Positions 17,801 to 21,490 of a stretch of 21,490 nucleotides of DNA are shown here, in pieces; position 1 is the stretch's first letter, and the number at the start of each line of letters is the position of its first letter. The stretch is from Coniocarpon cinnabarinum (taxonomy: Eukaryota). The stretch spans positions 124,001 to 145,490 of the forward strand of contig JAVECO010000037.1 of NCBI GenBank assembly GCA_051942205.1. Reading direction: 5' to 3'. Under the pieces are notes generated by a model. The model saw only the letters and a list, made by a program, of their open reading frames with translations. It searched no databases and was not told the origin of the DNA. Both the position numbers and the translations under genes were made by a program.

Positions 17801-20800
17801 AATAAATTAATATGCTATTATTTAAGGGATATATTATTAAATCTTTGTCTCTAGTAGCCTTACTAATACTTTTTATACTAAAGAAAAATAGTAAACTATA
17901 GATATATATTAATTACTAATTACTTAATAATAAGACTATTAAGGATTAATTACTATTACCTCTTACTAATAAGATATAGGATAATCTCTAAGAAGCGAGA
18001 GTATTTATATTACTTAACATTATCTTTACGTACAATAAAATCTAGATAGACAAAAAAAGTTAATAGCTTACTACTATAAGAACTAATATAGGACTCTATA
18101 AATAGTAAGTTATACTATTTAGTTTAACAAATACTCTAGCAATATTTTAAAAGTTTATTAACAATATATTAAGGTAGTACTTAGGTATATTTTGCTACGT
18201 ATATATAGACGATATACTAATCTACTTAAAAACAATTTAAGAATATAAAACGTACGTTTAAAAGGTATTAGAATATTTGGCTAAAGCTAATCTTCGGCTT
18301 AACCCTAACAAGTGCAAATTCTACAAGGATTTAGTTAAATTTTTAGGATTTATTATTATAGCTAATAGATTTAAAATAGAAGAATCTAAAGTCTAAGTAG
18401 TTATTAACTAGCTAGATTTAAAATTAGTTAAGAAAGTTTAATAGTTCTTAGGCTTCGCTAATTTCTACTAATATTAGATTAAGGATTATTTAAAAATTGT
18501 TTTGCTATTAATAGAGTTAATTAAATTAGATAAACCTTAGAAATAGATAGTAATAGAGAGATATACTTTTAATAAAATTAAGGAAAGCTTTAAAATAAGC
18601 ATAGTACTTATAGTATTTAATCCTAATCTACTAATTACTCTAGAAACTAACTCTAGTAACTTTACTATTAGAGCAGGTATTAGTTAACTATATTAAGGAA
18701 AGCTATAATTAGTAGCGTTCTATTTATAAAAGCTCTTACTAATAGAAGTTAGATATAATATACATAATAAAGAGCTTTAGGCTATTATCGCGTTATATAA
18801 ATAATAGAGGGAGTACGTTAAAGGGAGAAAATATCGAATATAAGTTTATACTAACTATCTAAATCTTACCTACTTTATAATAATAAAAAGGCTTAATTAA
18901 CGATAAGGCCGCTAGGTAGAGATATTATTACCTTATAATTTAAAAATTAATTATAAAAAGGGATCTAAAAATATACGAGTAGACGCTCTTAGTAGAAGAC
19001 TGGACTATATAAGAGACAAATATAAACTAAATTACGCTATATTTAAAAAATAAGGCAATATAATATATTATAGGAAACACGAACTTATAGAACTAAGAGC
19101 AAGTACTATTAAACTAGACTATATAATTTAAGTAATTAGACAAGAAACCCCTAAAGATTCAGAAATCTAATAAATTAAAAATATAGTCTAAAGTTAGAAT
19201 AAATTATTAATTAGAACAGATTATAGATATTATAAGTTTTAGGGCAGAATTTATGTCCCTAGAAAACTAATAACCTAGGTTATCTCTAATTTCTATGATT
19301 TACTAACCTATAGACACCCTGGTATCAAGCGAACGCTCGAACGGATTACAAGAACGTATTACTTTCTAAGAATAAGACAAAGAGTTAAGGACTATATTTA
19401 AAAATGCAATATCTATATACAAACAAAGCACTCGCGACATTCACTATATAGAGAACTACAGCATATAGAAGTACCTCCTAGACCCTAGCATATAGTTATA
19501 CTAGACTTTATTATAAAGTTACCTAAGTTAAGCTTTATAGACTAAGGCAAATACAACATAATCTACGTTATTATAGACAAGCTTACTAAATTTGTATATT
19601 TCTTACCTATACAGGAAAGTTTAACTATAGAAGAAATAGTTAAAAGAATAATTGCTTATATCTAGACTATCTATAGAATACCTAAAAAGATTATCTCTAA
19701 TAGAGATTAAAAGTTTATCTCTAAATTCTAGTAAGGTATAACTAAATTACTAGGCATTTTATACTAAATATCTATAGCATACCACCTACAAATAGATAGA
19801 CAGACTAAACGAACTAACTAAACACTTAAGTAATATTTACGGATATTTATAAACTACAACTAGAATAATTAGGTAGATCTGTTACTAGTTATAATATTAG
19901 CATACAATACCTTAAAAAATAAAATAACTTAGTTCTTATCTTTTAAATTACTATATAGATTCTAGCCGCTATTTAGGAAAATAATCCTATATACGATAGA
20001 AAATTAAGAAGCAACACAATTTATAGACAGAACTAAGTAAATATAATAGTAGCTTTAAGACAATATTTAATTTCTATAAGCTAGAACTTCTAAATTTATA
20101 AAGTTTACCCTAGTACTACTAAATCTTAAAGAAGAGGGTAGAGCATACCTACTTATAAAAAATATTAAAACTTAGAGACTAAGCAAAAAACTAGATTATA
20201 CAAAAACTAGACTATTTAAGATTCTTAAATAAATTAGAGCAGTTAACTTTAAGCTTAAATTACCGCTATAGATAAAAATATATCTAGTGTTTTATATTAT
20301 ACTACTTAAACCAGCTTATAGCGATAAACCTAAACAACTAAACTTAGTTATTAATAAGAACGACTAAGAACTAGAATATAAAGTTAAAATAATACTATCT
20401 AGTTAGGTGCAACGAGGACAGAGGTAGTATCTAGTTAAGTAGGAAGGATACAAAAACTATAAAAATACCTAGGAACTAGTTAAGAACCTTGCAAATTACT
20501 AGGATACGCTACATATATATTAAGAAAGGCATCCTAATCTATATTAGGACTAGAAGAAGAAAGCTTCTTACCTAATAGGATAATAAGCAAACTACTATTA
20601 CTAGCTATAACCCTACTTAACGCAGCCTCTTTAATATTATTATTAGTACAATTCTATTTTAATATATTTATAGCATTATATTCTAATAACTAGAAATTAT
20701 CTTATTTTTTTTGCTATTCCGCCTCTAGAATATAGGCCTCCTCTGTATATATAACTAGACTCTTTAGCTTCTTAGACTATTGCTATTTAGCTTCCTCCTT

Positions 20801-21185
20801 AGTAATATAACAACGCTAAATCTTTTATTTAATAGATTGATCTAACGAATATAGGTTAATAAGAGATAAGTATATTATAAATTAGTAAATATATAATCTT
20901 TAGGACTAAACTATAATTAATATTTCTAACTATTCTAGGTATATCGACTATACGCATTATAACTAAAGGCGGTAACGTATACCTTGCTACTCTTTTAATA
21001 GTTAGCGTAGCTAGGCATTATAGGAGACCTAAGTATTTTAATAAGTTGGCTATAAGCTCTCTTATTAGTACTTTACTAGGAAGATAAGCGGGGAGCTATA
21101 CTTACTAAGAAAATAGAATAAGTTAGAATAATAACAAAGACAAGGGTTTTTAAATAATTAAAGGTTATTAGGACAATTAGACCTT

Positions 21186-21195
21186 AAGGAGGGGA
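21186..21195 (+). other. Polypurine tract of the LTR element
   Basis: AAGGAGGGGA lies downstream of pol and a few bases before the putative 3' LTR. Confidence 0.7.
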
Positions 21196-21198
21196 TTA

Positions 21199-21490
21199 TA
21201 TTATAGCGCTAATATAAATAAGGCTAGAATATTCTTATAAACTTCCTATTATAGGAAAGGCCTATACGCCGTAATATTAGGATAGGGCAGAAGAAAGGCC
21301 TTACACCTCTAGAACCTAGGGCCTCGATAGACTAGTATAAAGGCTATACTAGCTAAAGGCCTTACTACCTATATTTATTTATATAAGATAGGATTATCTA
21401 TATAGCTAGACTAATAGACCGCTTAATAGAATAGTAGTCTACTAACTTATTAACTTATAGTAAATATATAGTTAAATCTATCTAATTATA
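21199..21490 (+). repeat. Putative 3' LTR (truncated by the window edge)
   Basis: Follows the PPT and starts TATTATAG (TG start converted by RIP, inferred). It shares the 54-nt block with the 5' LTR. Confidence 0.65.

Larger units (their letters stand above)
14561..21490 (+). mobile_element. RIP-inactivated Ty3/Gypsy (chromovirus) LTR retrotransposon, nearly full length
   Basis: Motifs are recognisable after reversing C-to-T/G-to-A changes, in Gypsy order: gag (about 15150, DPMELD about 15740), CCHC knuckle (about 15821-15862), protease LLDSG (about 17090), RT (KKNGKLRMCIDYR about 17881; Y[I/M]DD 18202-18213), RNase H (LETDSS about 18640, HDKEL about 18763, ADALSRR about 18980), integrase (GHPG about 19312, LDFI.KLP 19501, IISDRD about 19690, AYHPQTDGQTER about 19777), chromodomain (EYEVE about 20374, YLVKWEGY about 20428, NTWEP about 20464), then a polypurine tract and LTR. 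All frames are full of TAA/TAG. Confidence 0.93.

Overview
Fungal (filamentous ascomycete) genomic DNA with spliced genes, in three zones. (1) 1-7420 is a compact fungal RiPP (dikaritin/ustiloxin-type) gene cluster, cut off by the left edge. It has a secreted Kex2-type repeat precursor (878-1296, one intron) carrying three identical MVAWPDY cores, three DUF3328/UstYa oxidase genes, a Pth11-like/rhodopsin-domain membrane protein and a CYP52-clan cytochrome P450 with a non-canonical I-helix. I do not recognise MVAWPDY as the core of any characterised dikaritin, so this is the best candidate for an undescribed system. (2) 8123-12085 holds an unrecognised membrane-anchored ORF and an arrestin-like gene. 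(3) From about 12.4 kb the sequence grades into RIP-mutated AT-rich DNA. This contains a decayed spliced gene and a nearly full-length, RIP-inactivated chromodomain-bearing Ty3/Gypsy LTR retrotransposon (about 14561-21490). Exon boundaries and family assignments were made by eye, with no database search.
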